A stretch of 64,000 nt of DNA from Gemmatimonadota bacterium (lineage in GTDB: Bacteria > Gemmatimonadota > Gemmatimonadetes > Gemmatimonadales > GWC2-71-9). A program made the translations under genes and the position numbers. The stretch is taken from positions 63,692 through 127,691 of the forward strand of contig JAZDCZ010000247.1 of NCBI GenBank assembly GCA_036679605.1, written 5' to 3'. The notes under the pieces were generated by a model. The model had not been told where the DNA came from. It was given only the letters and a program-made list of their open reading frames with translations, and searched no databases. This document shows, piece after piece, positions 9,486 to 18,635 of this stretch (the first letter of the stretch is position 1; each line of letters starts with the position of its first letter).

Positions 9486-10784
9486 TCAACTTGTAAATGG
9501 CAGAGCCTGAATGATGTTTGCAGTCAAGTGTCGACAACGGGCGCGTTTGTTGAGCCAGGTTGTCGTTGACTGCTTGCGTAGGTACCGAAGCAATGCGCGA
9601 CACCGCTCAAGACTGCCATTGTTAGGCTTCACGATGATCAGGTGGTTTTCGACTGCTACCGGCCTCTTCCCCGTGACGATCGCTGCTGCGGCCCGTGGGT
9701 CGTCGGTGGGACGAGAGGTGCGCTTGATAACCACAAAAGGCGGAGTGGTCACGGACCCCTTGAAGCGTCGTTTACACGCAATTCGGCGTATCTCGGCCCA
9801 AGGTCGCACGTCACGACTCGTGAGATACGCGCGCTTGGGCCCTACGCGCGGTGAATGGCGATGAGGTACCACCGCGCCAACAGCAACTGTACACCTATCG
9901 GAAAGACGAGCTCCTGACTTGGGAGGTCCGGGTAGAAGCAGACGCTTCTTTGTACCCTGAGCACACCGCTTGCAGTCCAACAGGAAAACATCTACATCCG
10001 CCCAGGTCGCAAACTGGCCCAGCAGCGCAACGTGATTCACGGTGGCGATTCTGCGGATGTACTCCCGCCATGCACGATATCTAGGCCCCGACCTAAGAAC
10101 TTCGGGAAGAATTGCCACCAATCGTGTTCGGTCTGGCGTATTTTCCAAACACTCAGTAATGAACAACGCCGCCTTATTGATAGAGCCCGTAGCCCAGCCA
10201 CAATGCTCTGGCGCCGCGTCTATCGTGAACGGAGGATTGAGCACTAAGGTGACGGGACGTTCAAAATCCGTCCAATCGTCGTAGAAATCACCCGTGCGGA
10301 TGTTGGGAAACGCTGGTTCATCAAGGAGCGCATTGACTTCACGGAACGATTTATGGCGGCTTGCAGCCAGCAGCACCAGTCGGGTCTTTGCCGCATCAAC
10401 AAACTCCCGATGCTGATCTATCCCATAAACAATCTTCTCCCACTGGCGAATGGTTTTGAAGAGCGTGCTCTTGAGAGGGAGCCTTCTTGCGCAAGCAATC
10501 AAGAGGTCTCCGGCACCACAAGCTGGATCTACAATTGGTGCTCGTGCGGGAACCCGTCCCTGTACAACTGCCCGTGCAGCAAGCTCGCAAGCAAGTCGTT
10601 GTGGCGTAAAGAAGGCACCGATTGCCCTCAAGCAGAGGACGGAAACAACCTCCCGAAGAGCACGCGACGGCCCTCCGTCAAGGGCCGCCGAAAGCAAGGA
10701 GACGTCTTGGGAATCAGGTTTGTCGACCGCAAGGCTGCGACCCAACTGGTCGAGTGTCGCTACATAAGAGTCAAATGCCTTCAC
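9486..10784 (-). CDS. N6-adenine DNA methyltransferase (gamma class, TaqI/Eco57I-like) with C-terminal target recognition region
   Basis: GAFFTP (motif X), DPACGAGD (motif I), NPPF (motif IV) in gamma order. Confidence 0.9.
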   Translation of the reverse strand: MKAFDSYVATLDQLGRSLAVDKPDSQDVSLLSAALDGGPSRALREVVSVLCLRAIGAFFTPQRLACELAARAVVQGRVPARAPIVDPACGAGDLLIACARRLPLKSTLFKTIRQWEKIVYGIDQHREFVDAAKTRLVLLAASRHKSFREVNALLDEPAFPNIRTGDFYDDWTDFERPVTLVLNPPFTIDAAPEHCGWATGSINKAALFITECLENTPDRTRLVAILPEVLRSGPRYRAWREYIRRIATVNHVALLGQFATWADVDVFLLDCKRCAQGTKKRLLLPGPPKSGARLSDRCTVAVGAVVPHRHSPRVGPKRAYLTSRDVRPWAEIRRIACKRRFKGSVTTPPFVVIKRTSRPTDDPRAAAAIVTGKRPVAVENHLIIVKPNNGSLERCRALLRYLRKQSTTTWLNKRARCRHLTANIIQALPFTS

Positions 10785-11126
10785 AACAGCCCTGACCGCT
10801 CGGTGTCACCGGCACCCACGTGCAAGAGCTTGCGCTGATTGAGATCCATGTGAGACTCTCTTGGGGCGAGGCTGCCTTCTACCGAATCTGCCAAACACCT
10901 GCCGGCGACTCGCCCGCTGGCAGTATGACATAGAACGTATCGAGAGCATGCGAGCTCCGCGGAGAAACGTTCCGTCGCCCGGCACCTGGCGCTCCGTGAA
11001 TTACATCTGCTCATCGCATTTGATACAGAGGAATTTCCACGCACGGTCTTACAGGGGCACAGCCGACCACGGGCTATTGCTCAGCCAGAAATGTAGCGGT
11101 CCCGGTTTATTGGACAAGTGGGCAGC

Positions 11127-11853
11127 TTAATCAGGCCGCCTTTCTCGTGAGCGATTGACGGATGTCGACCGAGGTCCGATGGCCGTTCCTTTCGATGGGC
11201 CACTCACGATTGTACTTCTCGATAAACTTGCCAATCCACTCATTCGCTCCTCGATTTCCTTGACCTCTTGTAGCGCTCGTGCCACAAGTTCGTTGATTGT
11301 GGTCATATCTGAATGACGTGAGGACTCTTTAAAGGATTTCAACTGATTTGTATATATAGGAAATAATCGTCGTTGAAGCAGCTCCAGCGTTCCTCTCAAC
11401 TCACGAACGTCTTCCATGGTGTCCTGCCACGCGGATTGCATCACTTGCAGTTCCTGCTCTTGCTTCCGAATCCGTTCTCCGGCGAGCCGGTCCCAACACC
11501 CGAAGTGATTCGATGACGTCTGCTGGGCTCTCTTCGGGTAACTCTCTTCTGGGTTCCTTAATGCAGCTACTCGGCGTCGACGAAACAGTCGGTGGTGTCA
11601 CAGATTCGGCGTTTCGCTCGGTCCGAGTGGGTTGTGCCTTTGTGCCTGAACCAACCCTTGCCGACTGAATGGCGTTAGTGCCGTCAACAACACCCTGAGG
11701 CGTCGATGTAACGCTTGTCTAGATAGTGTCTGCGGATTCAGCTACGGGGTCCAACCCAAGATACTTTCGGATCTCAGGAACAACTAACAGCGCAGCGGCC
11801 GCAGTAATTGCTAGGAGAACGAGCTTGAAGGTTCGGACACTACTCGGCGCCAT
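11127..11853 (-). pseudogene. Disrupted membrane-anchored coiled-coil protein gene
   Basis: ATG 11853 gives MAPSSVRTFKLVLLAITAAAALLVVPEIRKYLG..., with an in-frame TAG at 11719-11721 and an apparent frameshift into the coiled-coil ORF ending at 11127. Confidence 0.5.
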
Positions 11854-11960
11854 TTAGTTGTCTATGCTCCATCGAGAGGGCTGTTCGTCATTCTCAAGAG
11901 ACTCAGCATACTACTAACCCATTGTAGGAAATCTACGCTGAGTTGTCGATAACTCTATCC

Positions 11961-12114
11961 CCGCCTCCTCGGATTCTCGGCCTCACGACCTCTTTGAACG
12001 GTCGGAAGAACTGACTTAGGCTCACGCCCAGCGCCACCAAGATTGCGCCGCCAGTGTCTCCACCGTAACGCCGCTCTCACCGCGTTCCAGCCTACCTACG
12101 GAGGTACGGTGCAC
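11961..12114 (-). pseudogene. Xre/HTH_3 regulator 3' half, copy 3 of dispersed repeat
   Basis: Minus strand reads VHRTSVGRLERGESGVTVETLA, then frameshifts into AILVALGVSLSQFFRPFKEVVRPRI. Confidence 0.75.
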
Positions 12115-12333
12115 ACTGATTGCGCACGCGTTTTCGGCAAGTTTTGGAGTGTCAACGGGCGTCAATTTTCTGCCCCTTTCACGCGATTTGCGTCCGTGAG
12201 CGTCAGTGGGCGTTGTGACAATGTTGTTACAAGAGCGGCCTGAGAGTGCAGTCTATTTCCACTCTCGCTCTATCGCATTTCCAGCCCCATCTTATTCCCT
12301 ACTTATGTCCCGAGAAGGTGCCGTGGGCGAGAG

Positions 12334-12957
12334 ATGATTGACAGAGACCACTCGGAGTCCCCTGTGTCGCAGGCCATGCGGGTGGATTCCGCCGAGTTCG
12401 AAGCGTTGCGCCTGCGCACGCACGAATTCTTGTCCGATGTTCCGCTCCACGATATTTGGCGCCTGCGACTGCTTGGTGGTGGTCCGGGCCACACGGTGCG
12501 CGATATGGTCACGATGTTCGTCGATGCCGAGAGCACTGGGGTCAACCCCGTGTCCCGCGCCCTTTTCGCGCTCCGCAGGATGATGGGACGGGCGTTCGGC
12601 TGGGATCGTGAAACTCCAAACGCACGCACGCTTTCTTACGTCAATCGAGTGACCACGGAGGACCGCGCCCGCTCGCTCGAAGCACCCGGCTCAAAGCGCG
12701 GATTCTGGACCGTCGTCTATACCTTCGAGCGCGAGGCGCTGGGAGAAGTCATCAACCGCACCGTGCATGCGTTCCTACTGTTCGCCCTCGAGCCGGCGGC
12801 GGATGGATACATCCTTTACTGGGCGGTTTACGTAAAACCGGTGAGCCGATTCACGCCGTTCTACATGGCGCTGATCGATCCCTTTCGGCGGCTTATAATC
12901 TACCCCACCCTCATTCGCCGGTTAGAGGAAGTCTGGCGGCGAGAATGGGAGGGCTAG
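12334..12957 (+). CDS. DUF2867-like protein
   Basis: LSDVPLHDIW...LFALRRMMGRAFGWD...EVINRTVHAFL...YMALIDPFRRLIIYP pattern typical of this family. Confidence 0.7.
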   Translation: MIDRDHSESPVSQAMRVDSAEFEALRLRTHEFLSDVPLHDIWRLRLLGGGPGHTVRDMVTMFVDAESTGVNPVSRALFALRRMMGRAFGWDRETPNARTLSYVNRVTTEDRARSLEAPGSKRGFWTVVYTFEREALGEVINRTVHAFLLFALEPAADGYILYWAVYVKPVSRFTPFYMALIDPFRRLIIYPTLIRRLEEVWRREWEG

Positions 12958-13164
12958 GAATAGCGAGGAGGCGCAGGTAGTCATTGCGAGCCGCATGCCT
13001 GATCCAGACCGCACCACTCAACCCCGGTGGCTCCGACACCGACTGATTGAAACCGAGTGGACCGTGGCGCCACATGGGTGCAAAAAACGGATAGTCCCCA
13101 CGAAGACATTCGCTGTCCCTTGAGGACCGGCGGGTTCCCGTTAAGGTGCCCGTTTCTCCCGGCA

Positions 13165-13236
13165 AAGTACGGCATGAAGTACGGCAGAATGTCGTTGCCA
13201 ACGCTCGAAAGTCCCGAAAAACCGGCAGAATGTCGT
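13165..13236. repeat. Short direct repeats (possible recombinase arm-type sites)
   Basis: AAGTACGGCA at 13165-13174 and 13177-13186; CGGCAGAATGTCGT at 13182-13195 and 13223-13236. Confidence 0.45.
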
Positions 13237-13556
13237 GATTCCTATGTCCCCTGGCCTGAATGGGGTTGACGCCCCCATTACATCCCCTCCCCACTCGCGT
13301 CCGCTAAACGCGTCAGGGGGTTCTGGGTTGACTTGCGGTGGCTGAAGCCATCCTCGGTCCGCTTCGCGTCAAATCCCGGCGTCCCGATTTTGTAACACTA
13401 AGCCAGGTAACCAGTTAGGTTGCCCGGCTTCTGCCGTTGTACCCCGCCCAAGCAGTACACCAATACTTGTTACTAATACTCTTGCGGGGCAAGCCCGACA
13501 CGCAAACGGGCGAATGACTGACTTAGTAAGTATGGAAGCCAACCATACTCGGTGCA

Positions 13557-14051
13557 TTGCGTGCGGAGCTTGATGATGATGAGGCGCGGGTGTGTGAGGC
13601 TGCCACCGCTTACAAGGAAGCAGTCGACCGCTTGAACGCGCGGTTTGGAGCGCTCGCAAAGCTCAGAGCCGAAGCGAACGCGCTAGCAGATCGCTTTCCT
13701 GACGTGGTCGCTCCGACGCTTGCGCCGGTCATCGAACCCGCGAGGCGTAAGGCGTGTATTGCGGCGGCACTGGTTGTGGATGGCATCGCGTTCGACCACA
13801 GCCGCTTGAGGTCGCCCAACATCGAGCACGACGAACACCGCCTACGTACACGGCGTACCTATGAGGAAGTCACCGGCACACCGGCTGGCGAGATCATCAG
13901 TGCTACGGGGTTGCAGCAGTGGCCGGAGCTGAGTGCAAAGCAACGTGAGATTGTGGCGTTGCGCGAGCGTGAGAAGCGGGACGAAGCGGATACCGCGCAG
14001 CAATTCGGAGTGGAGGCCGGGCGCAGCGTCCAACGCGTCCGCGTGGGTTGA
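13557..14051 (+). CDS. Hypothetical helical protein, probably a 5'-truncated mobile-element remnant
   Basis: 164-aa Ala/Arg/Glu-rich ORF with TTG start and no clear RBS; followed by a GC-rich hairpin near 14057-14090. Confidence 0.4.
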   Translation: MRAELDDDEARVCEAATAYKEAVDRLNARFGALAKLRAEANALADRFPDVVAPTLAPVIEPARRKACIAAALVVDGIAFDHSRLRSPNIEHDEHRLRTRRTYEEVTGTPAGEIISATGLQQWPELSAKQREIVALREREKRDEADTAQQFGVEAGRSVQRVRVG

Positions 14052-14220
14052 CTAGGGGAGCGAGCCCGGCGTCGCCCGCTCGCCCGGCTCCCACGGACGC
14101 ACGGAACCCTAGGGCCGTTCGCCATTGCCCTTGACAACGGGCATGAACGTATCGCAACATCTATATCCTTTGCGCAGATCGCTTCTTACTAGCCCCCGAC
14201 TTTCACGCGGAGCCTGACGG

Positions 14221-15135
14221 GTGACGATCGCAGTTTGTTGTACCTTGGCTGATGGGGTGGTGCTTGGCACAGATAGTGCTATCACCGTAATGGGCACAAC
14301 GCAGACGCCGAAGGGACCCCAGTCGGGAGTGTTGAAGGTTTATAACGAGGCCGAGAAGGTATTCGGCTTTCACATCGACGAGGCTAAGGACCTGAGGTTG
14401 CCGGTGGGCTTCGTAACCTTCGGCCTTGCCGTCTTGGGGAACAGAACAATCGAGAGCTTCGTTCGGGAGTTCGAGATCAAGAACCCGCCAGCCGTGCTCA
14501 TGAAGCTCACGATGGAGGAGCTGTGTCGCAAACTCCACGAGTTCTTCCAGGAACCGTACATCACGCTTCTCGGCGAGGTGCTAAAGCTGCAGGGCAAGAA
14601 GCTGGACGACATCCCCCCGCAACAACGAGCGCTGGGCATGTTCGTGGGTGGGTTCTCACCGGAAGAACCCCTACCGGAGGCGTGGGAGGTCAACATCCAC
14701 CTAGAGAACGCGGATGGCGTGAAGCAAGTACGCGCCCCGGGCGACTTCGGCTCGAACTGGGGCGGCCAGTTTACGGGGGTATATCGGTTTCACAAGGGGT
14801 ATGACGACAAGGCGATTGACGCGCTCCTCGAAGCGCTCGTCACGGAGTACAAGATGCTAGATCCGAAGAACGAAAAGGACCGTGCGAAGGTCGTCGCCCT
14901 TGTGCATAGCGCCTTAGCTCCATTTGAGTACATGGTTCCGTTTGCTGCTATGCCGCTGCAAGAGGGCATTGATTACACGGCGTTCCTGCTGGATATGATG
15001 ATACTGCAGCACCGATTCGTAATCGGGGCTCCAACTTGTGGAGGCAGCGTTCGTATCGCTGTGATTAGGAAGCACGAGGGATTCCAATGGGTGGCAGGTC
15101 AGCGTCTCGAGGTAAAGGGGAAACGTTATGCCTAG
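14221..15135 (+). CDS. Ntn-hydrolase, proteasome beta-subunit-like putative threonine protease
   Basis: After Met removal: T1-IAVCCTLADGVVLGT-D17-S, matching proteasome beta Thr1/Asp17 spacing; AEKVF (Lys33-like); C-terminal TCGGSVRIAVI. Confidence 0.75.
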   Translation: MTIAVCCTLADGVVLGTDSAITVMGTTQTPKGPQSGVLKVYNEAEKVFGFHIDEAKDLRLPVGFVTFGLAVLGNRTIESFVREFEIKNPPAVLMKLTMEELCRKLHEFFQEPYITLLGEVLKLQGKKLDDIPPQQRALGMFVGGFSPEEPLPEAWEVNIHLENADGVKQVRAPGDFGSNWGGQFTGVYRFHKGYDDKAIDALLEALVTEYKMLDPKNEKDRAKVVALVHSALAPFEYMVPFAAMPLQEGIDYTAFLLDMMILQHRFVIGAPTCGGSVRIAVIRKHEGFQWVAGQRLEVKGKRYA

Positions 15136-15370
15136 GATACTTGAGGAGATTGTCAGCTCCGGGACCACGAACACTAACATCTTGCTTGGTTCCCTGTTCC
15201 AGGAACCGGACGTGCTGGTCGGCGTCTGGAACACCGCCGAGATCGGTTTTGACCCATCGGCGCCGACAGATTTGATCGAGCGGTCGCCGCGACCATTGTC
15301 CGCCCTCGCGGACCTCGCGGTGGATCTCGGTCCGGCCGACCTGTCCACCACCTTCCAGGGGCGGAGGTAG
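15128..15370 (+). CDS. Small acidic protein, putative antitoxin of the downstream PIN toxin
   Basis: 80 aa; overlaps the upstream stop by 8 nt; C-terminal LADLAVDLGPADLS resembles tails of antitoxins that precede PIN genes. Confidence 0.5.
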   Translation: MPRILEEIVSSGTTNTNILLGSLFQEPDVLVGVWNTAEIGFDPSAPTDLIERSPRPLSALADLAVDLGPADLSTTFQGRR

Positions 15371-15376
15371 GAGGGC

Positions 15377-15796
15377 CTGCCAGGTTCGGTATTCCTTGAT
15401 TCCGCCTACCTCATCGCCCTTCTCCACAAGCGCGATCAGAACCGCGAGAGTGCTCTTGAATGGAAAGCGATAATCGAGGACGCTCAGACCCCCCTTCTCA
15501 CCACCGAGTTTTGTCTCTTGGAGGTGGTTGACTTCCTGTCCCACCGTGGATACCGCGAAGTCGCTCGCAGGTTAGTAGCTGAGCTTCAGGGGGGCGCGCT
15601 CGTAACAATCACACCGTGCTCCAGCTCGCTCTTTCGCCGCGGTGTGGAGCTTCATGCCCAGCGGGACGACAAGACCTGGAGTCTCACGGACTGCATAAGC
15701 ATCGTCGTCATGCAAGACAACTCGATCACGAGTGTCCTGACCTTCGACCACGATTTCGTGGAGGCCGGAATGCGAGCGCTGCCTCTCGCCGAATAG
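15377..15796 (+). CDS. vapC: PIN-domain (VapC-family) ribonuclease toxin, CTG start
   Basis: Frame extends upstream of the listed ORF to CTG 15377 (GGAGG at 15363-15367). VFLDSAYLIA, TTEFCLLE, SLTDCIS and LTFDHDF supply the conserved acidic residues. Confidence 0.85.
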   Translation: MPGSVFLDSAYLIALLHKRDQNRESALEWKAIIEDAQTPLLTTEFCLLEVVDFLSHRGYREVARRLVAELQGGALVTITPCSSSLFRRGVELHAQRDDKTWSLTDCISIVVMQDNSITSVLTFDHDFVEAGMRALPLAE

Positions 15797-15829
15797 GCTG
15801 GCACTCTGCTGCTCCGAGCACCGGCTTGC

Positions 15830-16297
15830 CTAGTCATGGAACCACTCGATGCAGTTTGCCTCGGCTTGCTGGTGGCGACGCGTCTCAAGTTGGACCAACA
15901 CACCGTATTGATATCCAAGTTGTACCCTCATGGCTTGTACTCGCTGGCGGTCACAACCACCGTCATCCGGATTCGTGGTCTTCTTTAGCTCCATTACTAG
16001 CACGTTCGGCCCGTCGCGACCGCGACGATGCACGATAATATCTGGGACAACCAGCGCCTCGTCATTTTCGTCACGGGCGTTGGCGCACTCGTCGGACAAA
16101 CCTAGACGTTTGGGCGCCAGACCGGCACGATTGTACTCGACATCTACGAAGTGAGAAGGGAACACGCTCTGGAGGTAAAGGGCCAGGCGACCGGCGATGC
16201 ACTGCTCATGCAGATCATATTCGAACAGATATCGGTCGTTGAGGAGCAGAGCCTCAAGAGCGGTGTCAACCCGGGCTTGAACTACGTCGAACTCCAT
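15830..16297 (-). CDS. Hypothetical PD-(D/E)xK-like nuclease-fold protein
   Basis: VDVEYNR...VPDIIVHRRG...LVMELKK; GGAGG RBS. Confidence 0.65.
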   Translation of the reverse strand: MEFDVVQARVDTALEALLLNDRYLFEYDLHEQCIAGRLALYLQSVFPSHFVDVEYNRAGLAPKRLGLSDECANARDENDEALVVPDIIVHRRGRDGPNVLVMELKKTTNPDDGGCDRQRVQAMRVQLGYQYGVLVQLETRRHQQAEANCIEWFHD

Positions 16298-16337
16298 GTC
16301 ATCCCTCCGAGCAAGCTGCCCTATTAGGCTGCACCGC

Positions 16338-17126
16338 TCATGGGCTTAACAAAGCAGCGTCGGCAGCCACATGTTCGATCGAGAATGCGTACCCGATACC
16401 AACGTTCGCGGACCGTTGAATCTCCCGTGCGAGCTGCTTCATCTGGTTTTGGCCCACAATTAGTGCCTGGACGGGGTCAACGCCGCCAATACTCATGGTA
16501 GCGCGTGGCTTCTGAAGTTCAGCGATGTTCTGGTCGAATACTTGATTCAGATGATCAAACTGGTTGGTCAACCCAGTGGCCTTTCTAGTGATGATCCCGA
16601 CTACTGAACCCGATGACCTTTCGAGAAGAGGGCCACCTGAGTTGCTCTGATTGATGCTAGCATCTAGCTGAATGATATCAACGCCGCCGCTTTGGTAGCG
16701 CGATGATACGATCCCTGCGTGACAGACCAAGTTTAAATGTTCGAAGGGATAGCCTAGAAACACGATCTCCTGGCCAACCACAACGTCGTCTGGGTTTCCA
16801 AACGTTAAGTCAAATCCGCCGCGTTCGATTATCTCTGGAATGTCGAGGATCGCATAGTCGTGATGATCTTCGTCCGACCCGGACACTAGGCGGCCGCGAA
16901 AGTCATCACCGGTCAGCGTGACTCCGTCGTAGACATCGTCAGGATCACTGTCGTGAGCACGAATGACGACCTGGGCATCGTTGGGACCCGCAAAGACGTG
17001 ATTGTTCGTGATCACTCGCCCAAGGGCAGTGAATGCTGTGCCCGAGGCGAGACAGCGCCCTGCTTGCACAAAGACGATATGCAGTACGGCGGAGCGGCAC
17101 TGATCGTATAGTTCAGTAACGGTCAT
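16338..17126 (-). CDS. Trypsin-like (S1/HtrA-type, no PDZ) serine protease, cytoplasmic; cassette-like
   Basis: TNNHV (His), DYAIL (Asp), NQSNSGGP (Ser). GAGGA RBS before ATG 17126. Flanked by an 11/12 inverted repeat. Confidence 0.85.
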   Translation of the reverse strand: MTVTELYDQCRSAVLHIVFVQAGRCLASGTAFTALGRVITNNHVFAGPNDAQVVIRAHDSDPDDVYDGVTLTGDDFRGRLVSGSDEDHHDYAILDIPEIIERGGFDLTFGNPDDVVVGQEIVFLGYPFEHLNLVCHAGIVSSRYQSGGVDIIQLDASINQSNSGGPLLERSSGSVVGIITRKATGLTNQFDHLNQVFDQNIAELQKPRATMSIGGVDPVQALIVGQNQMKQLAREIQRSANVGIGYAFSIEHVAADAALLSP

Positions 17127-17136
17127 TACTGTCCTC

Positions 17137-17208
17137 GTGCAGCCTAACAAGTGTTCGGCGACTCCCGTAACGGGTTCGCATCCTACCCCCAGTCGCGCAG
17201 CGAATATG
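17137..17208 (-). repeat. attI-like repeat family A, copy 1, ending in core GTTAGGC
   Basis: Minus strand ...GGGTAGGATGCGAACCCGTTACGGGAGTCGCCGAACACTT-GTTAGGC; 17163-17208 is 43/46 identical to 18368-18413. Confidence 0.65.
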
Positions 17209-17593
17209 CAGTCAACAGTGCCTCCTGGTAAGATGCTGTGTGGGCAGGGTCCACAGCGAACACACTTGATCTCCAGCGAACTCCGTTGCAGCACAAAGAC
17301 ACCGGGTTGCAGTCACTCATCGACAGAATTTCTTGAGCATCACCATGGGGCACAACGGCCTAGCATGCACTAACCGTTTGACTCACAATACAGTAGCAAC
17401 TACGCGGCAAGAAACCCCTATTGGGGTGTAATTCTTGCGGTTTCAAAACCCGTTCGATCTGTTGTGTCCTCTCCAGTACCCGGCCGTCAGGTTGTAGTTC
17501 AGCATTGGAAGCGGTCCTTCTGCTTGGGAGTTGTCCCAAGCAGGGTACGCGACTGCACATGAAGAATTATGTAAGTGGAAAGAGGAACTAGTG

Positions 17594-18328
17594 ATGAAAC
17601 GACTAATCGCCATGGCACTTGCCCTCACGGTATTAGCATGTGCTGACCAACCTACTAGTCTCGACGATCCTGGAGAGATCAGCGTTTCCATCGTATCCGG
17701 TGACGGCCAAACCGGGCCAGCACACACGGAACTTCCGGAAGCCCTGGTAGTCAGAGCAAAGCAGAACGGCAATCCTTGGGACAGCAAGGTAGTGAACTTT
17801 GTGGTTACGAAGGGTGGCGGATCTGTGTTCGCGGGGGCAGCCTCAACTGACAACCAGGGTTTCGCAAGAGAGTTCTGGACTCTGGGTGATGCCGGTCCAC
17901 AAGAATTGCAGGTCCGTGCGGTAGGTAGCCAGACAGGCGAAAAGCTCGTCTTTGCCACGTTCACCGCTACAGCGATTGTTCCACCGACGCCGAGCTTTGT
18001 CCAGTGTTTAAGCGGAGACGGTACGTGGCAGTTCAACGGCTCGTGCGGGTGGCCAGCACAAGTCGCTGGTTCAGTTTTTCAGGTAACTTTCAGAGTGTTG
18101 GATGCCGACGGAGTTCGAGTTGTAGCCGGTGTACAGATGACCTTTGAAGTAGACCCAACCTGCTTGGGGTTATGTGATAATCCTGGCAGCGTTGTACCGA
18201 CCTCTGCGGTTACGGACGCAGATGGTCAGGTCACAGTTGACTGGACACTCGGTCCAAACGCTGGGAGCAATCGTCTGCTTGCCGGAATTCTGAATGGGAA
18301 CGTCGGGGTCTGGATGACGGGCAACTGA
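17594..18328 (+). CDS. Lipoprotein with two bacterial Ig-like domains
   Basis: MKRLIAMALALTVLAC lipobox; SGDGQTG...TDNQGFA...WTLG and TDADGQVTVDWTLG repeats. Confidence 0.8.
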   Translation: MKRLIAMALALTVLACADQPTSLDDPGEISVSIVSGDGQTGPAHTELPEALVVRAKQNGNPWDSKVVNFVVTKGGGSVFAGAASTDNQGFAREFWTLGDAGPQELQVRAVGSQTGEKLVFATFTATAIVPPTPSFVQCLSGDGTWQFNGSCGWPAQVAGSVFQVTFRVLDADGVRVVAGVQMTFEVDPTCLGLCDNPGSVVPTSAVTDADGQVTVDWTLGPNAGSNRLLAGILNGNVGVWMTGN

Positions 18329-18345
18329 GTTGGCCGGTCGGTTAT

Positions 18346-18413
18346 CGACAATGGGTGTGAGGGGTTTTCCCGCAACGGGTTCGCATCCTACCCCAAGTCG
18401 CGTAGCGAATATG
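18346..18413 (-). repeat. attI-like repeat family A, copy 2
   Basis: 43/46 identity with 17163-17208; degenerate core (plus strand CGACAAT 18346-18352). Confidence 0.65.
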
Positions 18414-18635
18414 TCGCCAAGAGCGCCTCTTGGATAGCGGGTAGCAGCGCTGTGCATAAGATTCACGATGGGACTTGATGACTGATGTTGCGGCGGCTGT
18501 GATAGTACGAACAGGTAGGTATTTGATCTGAGCGAGTATGTTAATCATGATGGGTAGACTTGCGACGGGTTGTTGCTTGACCCAATGTACTTCCGCTCGA
18601 TTGCGAAGAGGATGGAAAAGGGTGATGTTGCCTCG

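Noticed and set aside
10781..11130. Small ORFs upstream of the MTase as a fifth gene or controller protein
   Set aside because: No HTH or other motif and atypical composition; not supportable without a homology search.
11942..18352. Near-palindrome GTTATCGACAA(C/T) at 11942-11953 (-) and 18341-18352 (+)
   Set aside because: Only 11-12 bp with no shared flanks; could be chance.
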